Shown one piece after another: positions 21,150 through 30,480 of a stretch of 64,000 nt of DNA. Every line of letters starts with the position of its first letter. Position 1 is the first letter of the stretch. This DNA is from an uncultured delta proteobacterium. Lineage in GTDB: Bacteria; Desulfobacterota; Binatia; Binatales; Binataceae. The notes beneath the pieces were generated by a model. The model was given only the letters and a program-made list of their open reading frames with translations, did not search any database and was not told the DNA's origin. The stretch covers positions 1,024,001 to 1,088,000 of the forward strand of contig CAWJET010000001.1 of NCBI GenBank assembly GCA_963842085.1. Direction: 5' to 3'. A program made the translations under genes and the position numbers.

Positions 21150-21650
21150 TTACGGTCTAGGCTTGAACGATCCAGGTACCGGTCCAATCGATTCTGGCTC
21201 GATTAGGTTCCTTTGCTTGCTAATTATCGTCGGTTCAGTTGGAGTCACGAGCTTCGCGACTGACGAAAAGTCCCTGTCCCAAGCCTGCAATTCATCAACT
21301 TGCATTCGGATCGCGGTTGCCGCATGGACAGCATCTGCTGACCTAAGCGAATGGTCTCTCTCAAGGCCAAGGGCTCGGAATGCTATGTCCTGATCCGAGG
21401 GCACTTTCTCTACCCACGACCATCTAAACATCTTTTCGATTTCTGCAATTTCCGCTGGAGTTAGTAGTCTTGCGTTGGGGATGCTTACCTTCTTAGGTCT
21501 GACCGTTTCCACAATCGTATAGGTCGAGGTATAAATGCGACAATTGCCAGTTCTGGCGTTACGAAGAATATCCTCGCAAATCCGCCGTCGTTCTTGTTCC
21601 ACCGGGCTTAGGAAGCACAAGAAGACCGTCGTATCCCAATATAGTTTCAT
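21150..21650 (-). CDS. PIN-domain (VapC-like) ribonuclease
   Basis: LYWDTTVF, TIVE, ADAVHAATA, WDRDF acidic residues. Confidence 0.88.
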   Translation of the reverse strand: MKLYWDTTVFLCFLSPVEQERRRICEDILRNARTGNCRIYTSTYTIVETVRPKKVSIPNARLLTPAEIAEIEKMFRWSWVEKVPSDQDIAFRALGLERDHSLRSADAVHAATAIRMQVDELQAWDRDFSSVAKLVTPTEPTIISKQRNLIEPESIGPVPGSFKPRP

Positions 21651-21668
21651 CGCCTAAAGGAGAGAACT

Positions 21669-22475
21669 TTATTCGTCGTCGCGAATCGCCTTGATATAGT
21701 CGCGAACCGACATCCCCGCCGTTATATTCTCAATGGAGCCAGACATCCGTTCGATCGTCGGGAGTTCCTCATCCTTTGGATACGGTTCGATGTTCATTGC
21801 TTCTACGGAGACAATGTTGCCAAGCCTATTGATCCGACTCTTGCCCACCACCATTACTCTCTTTCCGAGTTCTGCCTTTGCTTTTTCCAAGAGATTGTCA
21901 CTGAAAAAACATCTCACAGCCTTTTGGTTGCGTTCATCCCAGACTCTGAATTCATTACCCTTGTGAACCGTTATCGAATCTAGACTGCCTACTATCGAGG
22001 CTTCCTCTTCACGAGCACTTCTCGTTAGGGCATCGATGTTCTCATAGACTTCTAAAGTAACTTGCGCCTCATCGTTGTCCGAAGTTACGTCGATTTCGGA
22101 GAAGCTCTTGTGACGGAAGCGCGCGAGTTTTTGCGTCCTGCTCAAAGCAGCATCCGAATAGCGCTCCGTTCTCTCGGGGCGTTCCGCTAGTAACCGAATA
22201 CCGCGAACGCATTCATGCGCTACTTCGTGCGCCCGACTTACACCCACGCTTTGAGGACGGCCTCGATATCCGATTTTGGCGGGGCTATTCTTCGACAGAA
22301 TCGATATTTCCCATTCAACGGTGCCCTGCTTATTGCCGGACACCGATGCATCCAAATCTTGAAGGAGCCAGAGGAAGTAAGTGAGCGCTTGAACAAAAGG
22401 ACGCGCCGGGATCAAATCCCCGTAGCCCGCGAGCGTCAGCACTACCGTATCTTCCATGTTCCGATTGGCGACCAT
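21669..22475 (-). CDS. Hypothetical 268-aa partner of the PIN toxin (putative antitoxin)
   Basis: Ends 18 nt upstream of the PIN gene; beta-rich OB-like region; C-terminal MSGSIENITAGMSVRDYIKAIRDDE. Confidence 0.7.
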   Translation of the reverse strand: MVANRNMEDTVVLTLAGYGDLIPARPFVQALTYFLWLLQDLDASVSGNKQGTVEWEISILSKNSPAKIGYRGRPQSVGVSRAHEVAHECVRGIRLLAERPERTERYSDAALSRTQKLARFRHKSFSEIDVTSDNDEAQVTLEVYENIDALTRSAREEEASIVGSLDSITVHKGNEFRVWDERNQKAVRCFFSDNLLEKAKAELGKRVMVVGKSRINRLGNIVSVEAMNIEPYPKDEELPTIERMSGSIENITAGMSVRDYIKAIRDDE

Positions 22476-22647
22476 AACTCACTTCCTGCCAGCAATTCTA
22501 CTCGCCGATTCAGGCGGTCATTTGCTGACTGTCGTAGCGATCAAAAGGCAAATATATCACTACGCTCATGTCAACGGTGTCCGGCCTGTCACGCAAGACG
22601 AGCCTATCAGGTCCGGTGTCAACAGTCTACTAATCCCCAACTAAAAA

Positions 22648-22663
22648 CGTTTCACGTGAAACA
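22648..22663. promoter_or_regulatory. parS-like site
   Basis: CGTTTCACGTGAAACA, 15/16 match to TGTTTCACGTGAAACA. Confidence 0.65.
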
Positions 22664-22736
22664 TTTTTGTGAAAACCCCAGCCGGACAGCGCCATTTCTG
22701 ACCATTCTCAGAAAATCGACTGCCATTGCGCGCGGC

Positions 22737-23170
22737 GGATCCGGGATTCTTCGCTGCGCTCTGAATGACACAAAAAGTGAGCAGGCCAGCTTTTTGTGAA
22801 CCCAGCGGGGCGCCCTCACCTGCCGGCCGCGATGCGGCCGGCCGCCTCTCCCGTGAAATAACGGGCGAGGTACGGGGATGCAGAATCTTGAATCGCGCGG
22901 AAAATAATCGCGCGCTGAACAAGGACCCTCACCTTCGCCTCGCCCTGCATGGGAGAGGGGATGCAAGGACGCGGCGAGAAAAGAGCCGGGATTCTTCGCT
23001 GCGCTCTGAATGACACAAAGAAATGCCCCTCCTCGCGTAAATGCCCGTCTCCTTAAACACTGGGTGCAGGGGTCACCCCTGCACCGCAAAACCGGAACCG
23101 GCGGCGCTTGCGTGCCGCTGTCCGAGATCCTTCCTGCCGCTCGCGTTGCTCGCTGCGTCAGGATGACAGA
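22737..23170. repeat. Mosaic of REP-like repeats: family C (22741-22770, 22986-23015), family A (22883-22962), family B arm (23062-23085), further hairpins
   Basis: Identical 30-mers CCGGGATTCTTCGCTGCGCTCTGAATGACA; GGTGCAGGGGTCACCCCTGCACC palindrome. Confidence 0.85.
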
Positions 23171-23207
23171 GAGTTTCAGATTCAATTGAAGTGATAGTCT
23201 CTCCCGT

Positions 23208-24227
23208 ATGACGATGGGGCCAAAGAAAGCGCGGGCGATACGGCGGGTGCTGGTTATTTTTCCCGGCGCGCTGGGAGATCTGATGTGCGTGCTGCCGGCG
23301 CTCGCCGCGATAGCGCGGCGGCATCCGGGGGCGTCGGTTGAGTTGATGGCGCGGTTCGAGCTGGCGCAGCTCGCGGTGGGGAGAACCGTCGTTGCGCGCG
23401 CGCATTCGATTGACGCTCGCGAGGTCGGCGCATTGTTCACCGAGTCCGGCGCAGATCCCGCACGCCGATTGTTTGGGGATTTCGAGCGCATTTACTCGTT
23501 CTTCGCGTCGGACGACCGGCGTTTTCGCGCGCGATTGGAAGCGGCGACCGATGGCGCGGTTTCGTTTCATCCGTTCCGCCCCGATGGCGACGGCCACGTA
23601 TCGGCGGGCTATTTGCGCGGGATCGGCGAGGAGGTTTCGCCGGTGAGTCCCGGGCTCGAACCGACCGCGGATGATCTCGCCGCGGCGGCGCATGTGCTGG
23701 CGCAATCGAAATGCGACAGCTCGAATTTGATTGTGATTTTTCCGGGCAGTGGGAGTCCGGCGAAGAATTGGCCGGCGGACAAGTTCGCGGCGCTTGCGTC
23801 GATGCTGGCGAAAGGATCCGGGATTCTTCGCTCCGCAGACTCCGCTCTGAATGACAAAGGGGCTGATCAGAACGACGAAAGGCATTCGTGCGTGGTCGTT
23901 CTCGGGCCGGCTGAAACGGCACTTGAGCCGAGCTTTCGCGCGGCTGGCCTTCCTGTGCTGACGCAGCTCGATTTGCCGACGGTCGCGGCTGTCGCGCGGC
24001 TTGCATCGGCCTTCGTCGGAGTCGATTCGGGCGTGTCGCATCTGGCGGCCGCGGCCGGCGCGTCCGGGGTGGTGCTCTTCGGGCCGACGGAGCCTGCGCG
24101 ATGGCGTCCGCTGGGGCCAGGCGGCAGCGGGCAAGTCGGCGTTCTGAGGCGGAGTCCGATCGATTCCATCGAGGTGCGCGAGGTCGCCGGCGCTTTGGCA
24201 AAATTTGTGGCGACGCATCAAAAATAA
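23208..24227 (+). CDS. Glycosyltransferase family 9 (heptosyltransferase-like) with in-frame REP insert
   Basis: [41 protein letters not shown]. Confidence 0.88.
   Translation: MTMGPKKARAIRRVLVIFPGALGDLMCVLPALAAIARRHPGASVELMARFELAQLAVGRTVVARAHSIDAREVGALFTESGADPARRLFGDFERIYSFFASDDRRFRARLEAATDGAVSFHPFRPDGDGHVSAGYLRGIGEEVSPVSPGLEPTADDLAAAAHVLAQSKCDSSNLIVIFPGSGSPAKNWPADKFAALASMLAKGSGILRSADSALNDKGADQNDERHSCVVVLGPAETALEPSFRAAGLPVLTQLDLPTVAAVARLASAFVGVDSGVSHLAAAAGASGVVLFGPTEPARWRPLGPGGSGQVGVLRRSPIDSIEVREVAGALAKFVATHQK
23814..23856 (+). repeat. Family C REP copy inside the GT9 coding sequence
   Basis: GGATCCGGGATTCTTCGCT identical to 22737-22755, ends GCTCTGAATGACA, internal 9-nt expansion. Confidence 0.85.
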
Positions 24228-24285
24228 TAGACTGAGAGACCATGGATCATCGGACAACATCTGTAAGCCGCGCGAGCGAGGGGCT

Positions 24286-25143
24286 ATGAGCTTCTTCAAG
24301 ACGACGCTGCTGCTCGGGCTGATGACGGGGCTGCTGATGGTGATCGGCGGGCTGCTGGGAGGCAGGAGCGGCGTGGCGATCTTTTTCGTCATCGCGGCGG
24401 TGATGAACTTCTTCAGCTACTGGTTCTCGGACAAGATCGTGCTGCGCGCTTACGGGGCGCAGGAACTCGACGCGGCGTCGGCGCCCGAGCTCTACTCGAT
24501 CGTCAACGAGCTGGCGCATTCGGCGGGAATCCCGATGCCGCGGCTGTACCTTATCGATTCCGACACGCCCAACGCGTTTGCCACCGGCCGCAACACGCAT
24601 CATGCCGCGGTCGCGGTGACGCGCGGGATCATGCGAATCTGCACGCGCGAGGAGTTGAAGGGCGTCATCGGCCATGAACTCTCGCACGTGACCAATCACG
24701 ACATACTCACCAGCTCGATCGCGGCGACGCTGGCGGGCGCGGTGATGATGATCGGGACGATGATTCGATGGGGCGCGATTTTCGGACTTGGCAGCCGCGA
24801 CGACGAGGAAGGCGGCATCGCGGGACTGCTGATCGCGGGCATCCTCGCGCCGATCGCGGCGAGCCTGATTCAACTTGCGATCTCGCGCACGCGCGAGTAC
24901 CAGGCCGACGCGAGCGGCGCCCAGCTCACGCACAATCCCCTGTACCTGGCCAGCGCGCTGCGCAAGCTCGAGGCCGCCAACGAGCGGATGCCGCTGGACG
25001 CCAGCCCTGCGACGGCGCATCTGTTTATCGTGAATCCGCTGAGCGCGGCGGGAATCTCGCGGCTGTTCTCGACCCATCCGCCGATCGAGGAGCGAATCCA
25101 CCGGCTCGAGCAGATGGCGTCGGGACAGATCGCGCAAGGTTGA
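24286..25143 (+). CDS. htpX: Zinc metalloprotease HtpX
   Basis: [28 protein letters not shown]. Confidence 0.95.
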   Translation: MSFFKTTLLLGLMTGLLMVIGGLLGGRSGVAIFFVIAAVMNFFSYWFSDKIVLRAYGAQELDAASAPELYSIVNELAHSAGIPMPRLYLIDSDTPNAFATGRNTHHAAVAVTRGIMRICTREELKGVIGHELSHVTNHDILTSSIAATLAGAVMMIGTMIRWGAIFGLGSRDDEEGGIAGLLIAGILAPIAASLIQLAISRTREYQADASGAQLTHNPLYLASALRKLEAANERMPLDASPATAHLFIVNPLSAAGISRLFSTHPPIEERIHRLEQMASGQIAQG

Positions 25144-25154
25144 CGGTGGCATCG

Positions 25155-25634
25155 ATGGAAGAACAGGAAGACAAGCGCGGCTTCAAGGTCCAGGACCGCC
25201 GGCGTTTTTCCGCCGAGGGCGAAGCCAAAGCAGGCGTCGACAACGAAACGCCATCCGAGAGCAGTGAGGCGCTCGAGATAAAATCCAGGCCAGCCGCGTC
25301 CGGCCCCGAGCCGCTCTCCAAGCCGCAAGCCGGAGCCGCCGCGCAACCCGCGGCGAGCCGTCAATCGAGCGAGGCGCCTCCCGAGCTGACCTTCGCGGCG
25401 TTTCTATGGAGTCTGTCGGAGCAGGCGCTGGCGGCGCTTGGCGAAATACCCGACCCGGCCAGCGGCAAGGTGATGCACGACCTGATTTTGGCGCAGCAAA
25501 TGATCGACATAATCATAATGTTGCGCGACAAGACGCGGGGCAATCTCGACGGCCACGAACAAGCGATGCTCCAGGAGATTCTTTCCGGTCTGCAAATGAA
25601 GTACGTTGAATTGGCGAGACCGCCGGGCCGTTGA
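25155..25634 (+). CDS. DUF1844-like protein
   Basis: FKVQDRRRF N-terminus; A..ALG..PDP, IDII.ML..KT.GNL...E, LQMKYV. Confidence 0.85.
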   Translation: MEEQEDKRGFKVQDRRRFSAEGEAKAGVDNETPSESSEALEIKSRPAASGPEPLSKPQAGAAAQPAASRQSSEAPPELTFAAFLWSLSEQALAALGEIPDPASGKVMHDLILAQQMIDIIIMLRDKTRGNLDGHEQAMLQEILSGLQMKYVELARPPGR

Positions 25635-25657
25635 GCGGCGTCTTTGTTTAATCACAC

Positions 25658-27160
25658 ATGACTCAAAAGTTTTCCGGATCCATCGCTTTTCTTGCTGCCG
25701 CGATTTTTGCCGCAACCTTCACCGTGATCGCCGCTGGCTCCGACGCACGCGCGGCGGATTCCACGACGCCTGCGCCCGCACGCTTCTGGACCGAGCTGCC
25801 GGACGGCGCTCACGCCGAGAAAGCCCAGTCGATGCCGGATTTCGTCGAGCTGGCAGCCAAGCTCAGCCCGGCGGTCGTGAATATCTCGACCGAGGAAGCC
25901 GATGAGCCCGAGGAGGGTGTCGAGCCGCCGCCCGAAGACTCTCCGCACGGTCTCGGGCCGCACTCGCACGGTCCGTTGGAGGAGTTCGGCGGCACGCCGC
26001 ATTCCAAGGCGCTCGGCTCCGGCTTCATCATCACCAAGGACGGCTACATCCTGACTAACGAGCACGTCGTCGATAGTCCGGGCAAGGTCACCGTAACCAC
26101 GCAGGACGGCCACGAGTACACTGCCAAGATTATCGGGCATGACGAGAAGAGCGACATCGCGCTGCTGAAGATCGATGCGAAGCACGATCTGGCGGTGGCG
26201 CCGCTGGGCAACTCCGACGACCTGAAGGTGGGCGAATGGGTGATGGCGATCGGCAACCCGTTCGGCTTCGATCATTCGGTGACGGCCGGAATCGTCAGTG
26301 CCAAGGGACGCTTCATCCCGGGCAACTACGAGGATTTCATCCAGACCGACGCTTCGATAAACCCCGGCAACTCGGGCGGTCCGCTGATCGATCTGCGCGG
26401 CAACGTGGTCGGAGTCAATTGCGCGATCTACACCCACACCGGCGCCAGCATGGGAATCGGCTTCGCGGTTCCGATCGACCTGGTCAAGGAAGAGCTGCCG
26501 CAACTCAAGGCCTCGGGCAAAGTCGTGCGCGGATGGCTCGGCGTGTACATCCAGAAGGTGACGCCGGAGCTGGCCGACTCGCTCGGTCTGGCAGATGCGC
26601 GCGGCGCGCTGGTTGCCAAGGTGCTCGACAACGGCCCGGCCAAGGCCGCGGGCGTCAAGCGCGGCGACGTGATCGTCGCGTTCGACAATCAACCAGTCGA
26701 CGACTCGCGCGAATTGCCGCTGCTGGTCGGTCGCGCCGACCTGGGCCACAAAAGCGTTCTCAAGCTGATTCGCGACAAGCAGACGATCGATCTGCCGGTC
26801 ACAATAACGCAGTCGCGCGAGCCCGAAATCGTGGCGTCCGAGGAAAAAAAGGAAGAGCCTGACCTCGGCGCTGCCTCGCGCTTCGGCCTTCACGTCAAGG
26901 ACCTGAGTCCCGATCTGGCCAAGGAGCTGGGCCTCGATACGCCCGGCGGCGTCGTGATTTCGTCGGTCCAGCCGGGGAGCCGCGCCGACGAGGCCGGCCT
27001 GCGCGCGCGCGACGTGATCATCGAGGTCAATCGCGCGGCGGTCAAGGATGTGGACGCGTATCAGAAAGCGGTCAAAGCCAGCGTCAGGGGCAAGAGCGTG
27101 CTGCTGCTAATCCGGCGCGGCGACGCCACCGTCTACGTGCCCGTCAAACCGGAGGCGTGA
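25658..27160 (+). CDS. DegP/DegQ (Do) serine endoprotease with two PDZ domains
   Basis: LGSGFI, TNEHV, DIAL, QTDASINPGNSGGP. Confidence 0.95.
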   Translation: MTQKFSGSIAFLAAAIFAATFTVIAAGSDARAADSTTPAPARFWTELPDGAHAEKAQSMPDFVELAAKLSPAVVNISTEEADEPEEGVEPPPEDSPHGLGPHSHGPLEEFGGTPHSKALGSGFIITKDGYILTNEHVVDSPGKVTVTTQDGHEYTAKIIGHDEKSDIALLKIDAKHDLAVAPLGNSDDLKVGEWVMAIGNPFGFDHSVTAGIVSAKGRFIPGNYEDFIQTDASINPGNSGGPLIDLRGNVVGVNCAIYTHTGASMGIGFAVPIDLVKEELPQLKASGKVVRGWLGVYIQKVTPELADSLGLADARGALVAKVLDNGPAKAAGVKRGDVIVAFDNQPVDDSRELPLLVGRADLGHKSVLKLIRDKQTIDLPVTITQSREPEIVASEEKKEEPDLGAASRFGLHVKDLSPDLAKELGLDTPGGVVISSVQPGSRADEAGLRARDVIIEVNRAAVKDVDAYQKAVKASVRGKSVLLLIRRGDATVYVPVKPEA

Positions 27161-27178
27161 GGCGGGGACGGATTTCCG

Positions 27179-29545
27179 ATGTCCCCCAAACGCCTTCTGA
27201 AATTCGCGCTCATCGGCGTGGGCGCGCTGATCCTGTTCGCCGTTCCGCCGGCGTTGTGGCTGTTCTTCAGCTACTACAATCAGCTCGAGAATGAAGTCGT
27301 CGCGCGGTTCTCGGGCAAGCGCTGGAATATCCCGTCGCGCATCTATTCCGACTCGCTGCTGATTTACCCGGGCCAGGATCTGAAGGACCTGGGTTTCTTC
27401 CAGCGCCTGGCGCGCCTGAATTACCATCCCGTCGATCCGGGCCAGGTCACCACTCGCGGCGAGTACAGCTTCGACCGCAAACGCGGCAAGCTCGACATTT
27501 TCCTGCATAGCTTTGCGTATCCCTACGACAACTTTGGCGGCAACCTGGTCGAGCTTAGTCTCAAGGGCGATACGATCGAGTCGATGAGCGATCCGGCGAT
27601 CCGTAAACCGGTATTCTCGATCGAGCTCGAACCCGAACTCATCAGCGGCATCTTCGAAGGCGCATGGGAGCAGCGCCGCCTGGTGCGGCTGAGCCAGATT
27701 CCACCGACGATGATCAATGCGATCCTGGCCGCCGAAGACCATCGCTTCTACGAGCATCACGGCATCGACCTCGTCCGCACCATCAAGGCCGCCTGGGTGG
27801 ACTTTACCTCGGGGCACGTGCGCCAGGGCGGCTCGACGCTGACCCAGCAACTGATGAAGAACTTCTTCCTGACCAACCAGCGAAGCTACAAGCGCAAGCT
27901 CAAGGAAGCGATGATGGCGTACATCGCGGAGCGCAGGTACTCCAAGGATGAGATCCTGGAGAACTATATTAACGACATCTATTTGGGGCAGCGCGGGCAG
28001 GAAGGCATCTACGGCGTCTGGGAAGCGTCTGAGTACTACTTCTCGAAGGAGCCGCGCGATCTGACTATTGGCGAAATGGCTACGATTGCCGGCCTGATCA
28101 GTTCGCCCAACCGGCTCAATCCGCTGCATCACGCCGACGCCGCGCGCCGGCGACGCGACGAAGTCCTGGCCGCGATGCTCGACGATGGCTACATCAGCAA
28201 GTTCGCGTACGACTCGGCCGTCAGCGAGCCGCTGCGTCCGCGCGAAGTTTATGCGGAAGGCAACGACGCCCCCTACTTCGTCGATTACGTCAAGAAAGAG
28301 CTGGCCGAGCGCTATCCGCCGCAGGTGCTCAGCGGCGAGGGTCTGCGCATCTTCACCTCACTCGACGTGCATATGGAAAAGCTGGCCGAGGCCGCAATCG
28401 ATCACAACCTCAGCGATTTGGAAGCCAAACATCCCAAGCTGCTCCGCCGCGAGGCCAACGATCGCCTGGAGTCGTGCCTGGTTGCGCTCGAGCCGCAGAG
28501 CGGAAAGATTCGCGCGATGGTCGGCGGGCGCGACTACCGCTCGAGCCAGTTCAATCGGGTTACTCAGTCCAAGCGTCAGCCCGGCTCGGTCTTCAAGCCG
28601 GTGACATACCTGGCGGCCTTCGACGAGACGTTGTCAGGAGGACCGGAGAAATTCCTGCCGACCACCTATATCGAGGACGCGCCATTCACCTGGCAGTACG
28701 GCGACATGAGCTGGACGCCGAATAACTATCGCGACCGATTCTTCGGCCATGTCACGCTCGAATTTGCGCTCGGCGAGTCGCTCAACTCCGCGACCGCACG
28801 GCTGGCCAACAGCGTCGGACTCGATCGAATCCGCGCGATGGCGTCGAAGCTCGGCTTTGGCGACTTGCCGGCCTACCCGTCGATCGTGCTTGGCGGGATC
28901 GAAGTCTCACCGATGCAGGTCGCGCGCGCGTACGCGATAATCGCCAACGACGGGATGGAAATCCAGCCGTACGCGGTTACCGCCGTGGTCGATGAAAACA
29001 ACAAGGTAATCGAGGGCCACGAACTGACCGCCGAACAGGTACTCTCGCCCCAGCTCGCGTACATGATGCAGTTCATGCTCGAAAACGTGATCAATCACGG
29101 CACCGGCGAGGGCGCGCGTGCGATGGGATTCACGCGGCCGGCCGCCGGCAAGACCGGGACCACCAACGACTCCAAGGACGCATGGTTCGCGGGCTTTACG
29201 CCGAACCTGCTGGCCGTGGTGTGGACCGGTTTCGATCAAAAGGAAGAGCTGGGCCTGACCGGCGCGCAGGCTTCGCTGCCGGCGTGGACCGCCTTTATGA
29301 AAGCGGCGACCGCGGCGCGCCCGCCGCTCGATTTCACCGCTCCGCCCGGAATCGTCGAGGTGAAAGTCGATCCGACTACCGGCTACCTGGCGACACCCTA
29401 TTGCCCGGTGACGACGGAAGGCGTGTATCCGGAAGGGATGGCGCCAACTCAATACTGCCCGTATCATACTTCCCCGACGTCGCTGACGTCGGCCGACCAC
29501 AAGCTTCCCGAGGAGCCGAATCCCGTAACCGATCCCAATGACTAG
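27179..29545 (+). CDS. mrcB: Class A penicillin-binding protein, PBP1B-type with UB2H region
   Basis: EDHRFYEH.G, QGGSTLTQQL, GSVFK, SLN, KTGT; insert before TG domain (L..LNY...GEY). Confidence 0.88.
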   Translation: MSPKRLLKFALIGVGALILFAVPPALWLFFSYYNQLENEVVARFSGKRWNIPSRIYSDSLLIYPGQDLKDLGFFQRLARLNYHPVDPGQVTTRGEYSFDRKRGKLDIFLHSFAYPYDNFGGNLVELSLKGDTIESMSDPAIRKPVFSIELEPELISGIFEGAWEQRRLVRLSQIPPTMINAILAAEDHRFYEHHGIDLVRTIKAAWVDFTSGHVRQGGSTLTQQLMKNFFLTNQRSYKRKLKEAMMAYIAERRYSKDEILENYINDIYLGQRGQEGIYGVWEASEYYFSKEPRDLTIGEMATIAGLISSPNRLNPLHHADAARRRRDEVLAAMLDDGYISKFAYDSAVSEPLRPREVYAEGNDAPYFVDYVKKELAERYPPQVLSGEGLRIFTSLDVHMEKLAEAAIDHNLSDLEAKHPKLLRREANDRLESCLVALEPQSGKIRAMVGGRDYRSSQFNRVTQSKRQPGSVFKPVTYLAAFDETLSGGPEKFLPTTYIEDAPFTWQYGDMSWTPNNYRDRFFGHVTLEFALGESLNSATARLANSVGLDRIRAMASKLGFGDLPAYPSIVLGGIEVSPMQVARAYAIIANDGMEIQPYAVTAVVDENNKVIEGHELTAEQVLSPQLAYMMQFMLENVINHGTGEGARAMGFTRPAAGKTGTTNDSKDAWFAGFTPNLLAVVWTGFDQKEELGLTGAQASLPAWTAFMKAATAARPPLDFTAPPGIVEVKVDPTTGYLATPYCPVTTEGVYPEGMAPTQYCPYHTSPTSLTSADHKLPEEPNPVTDPND

Positions 29546-29551
29546 TTCGCG

Positions 29552-30475
29552 ATGATGCGACTCGGTCCATTTGCTTTTGCAATATTTCTGTCGATGCTGC
29601 CGGGTTCCGCGGCCACGTCGCTTGCGGAGAGCCGTCCGATCGTACTGGCGGAACTGCAGGAGGAATCGATTCCGGCGCAGGATCTCGCGACGCCGGCAAG
29701 TTCCGCTGCGGCGCCGAGTGCGGGCGCGTCAGGATCTCCCGCCGCCGACACAAATCCCGATACAGATTCCGATTCCGGCGACTGGACCGCCGTGCCTGCC
29801 GGGAAGGCGGCGCCCGCCGCGCCCGAGGCGCCGGGCGCCAGTGCAATATCACCAGCTTCTCAGGCTAGTCCGGCAATTCCCGCCGATATCGCACCGGCGA
29901 TCGACGTCGGCTCGATCGCGACGACGCCGCAAATCAGCGACGAGTCGCTGGCGCCGCTGATCGCCACCGCGCCAACTCCCGCGCGCGCCGCATCATTGAG
30001 AATCACCGAACAGCAACGCATCGAGCTCGAGCGCGGCCACACCGACGACGCGATACGCGAGTTGGCGCACGCGATTTCGATCGACCCGAGCAATTCGTAC
30101 GCTTACTTTTACCTCGGCCGCGCGTACGTCGCTCGCAAGGATTACGGGCAGGCGCTGACGTTCTTCAAGCGCGCGGAGATCGGGCTAGCCTCGAATTCCG
30201 CGTGGCTCGGCGAGACCTACGCGTTCGAAGGGCTGAGTCTCGAGGAGGCGGGCAAATCCGCCGAGGCCGCGGCCGCCTATCAGAAGGCGCTGGCCGCAAG
30301 TCCGGGCAACCTGACCGCGCGCGTCGGCGTTACGCGGCTGTCCGCATTCCTGCCTGCCGCCGCAAGCGCGCCCGCACCAGGCACGGACCTCGATCAGCCC
30401 GCGCCCGCGGAGCCCGAAGCTGCCCCGGCTCCCGACGAAGCGCCCGCGCCCGCGCCGCCTCCTCCAACAGACTGA
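29552..30475 (+). CDS. Exported TPR protein with long disordered linker (LpoP-like position)
   Basis: Signal peptide, PAS-rich linker, 3 TPR-like repeats (DP.N..AYFYLG.AY). Confidence 0.8.
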   Translation: MMRLGPFAFAIFLSMLPGSAATSLAESRPIVLAELQEESIPAQDLATPASSAAAPSAGASGSPAADTNPDTDSDSGDWTAVPAGKAAPAAPEAPGASAISPASQASPAIPADIAPAIDVGSIATTPQISDESLAPLIATAPTPARAASLRITEQQRIELERGHTDDAIRELAHAISIDPSNSYAYFYLGRAYVARKDYGQALTFFKRAEIGLASNSAWLGETYAFEGLSLEEAGKSAEAAAAYQKALAASPGNLTARVGVTRLSAFLPAAASAPAPGTDLDQPAPAEPEAAPAPDEAPAPAPPPPTD

Positions 30476-30480
30476 GCGCA

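Larger units (their letters stand above)
19689..22638 (+). mobile_element. IS1595-family element with passenger genes, complete, 2950 bp
   Basis: 25-bp IRs (GGGGATTAGTAGGTTGTTGACACCG; 23/25 match) at 19689-19713 and 22614-22638; 8-bp TSD AACTAAAA on both sides. Confidence 0.95.

Noticed and set aside
17100-23170. Repeats as a CRISPR array or integron attC sites
   Set aside because: Irregular spacing, mixed orientation, no unique equal-length spacers, and no cas or integrase gene in the window.
22641-23207. ORFs across the repeat mosaic (93 aa, 82 aa, 66 aa, part of 279 aa)
   Set aside because: They are translations of REP-like repeats with no coding signature.
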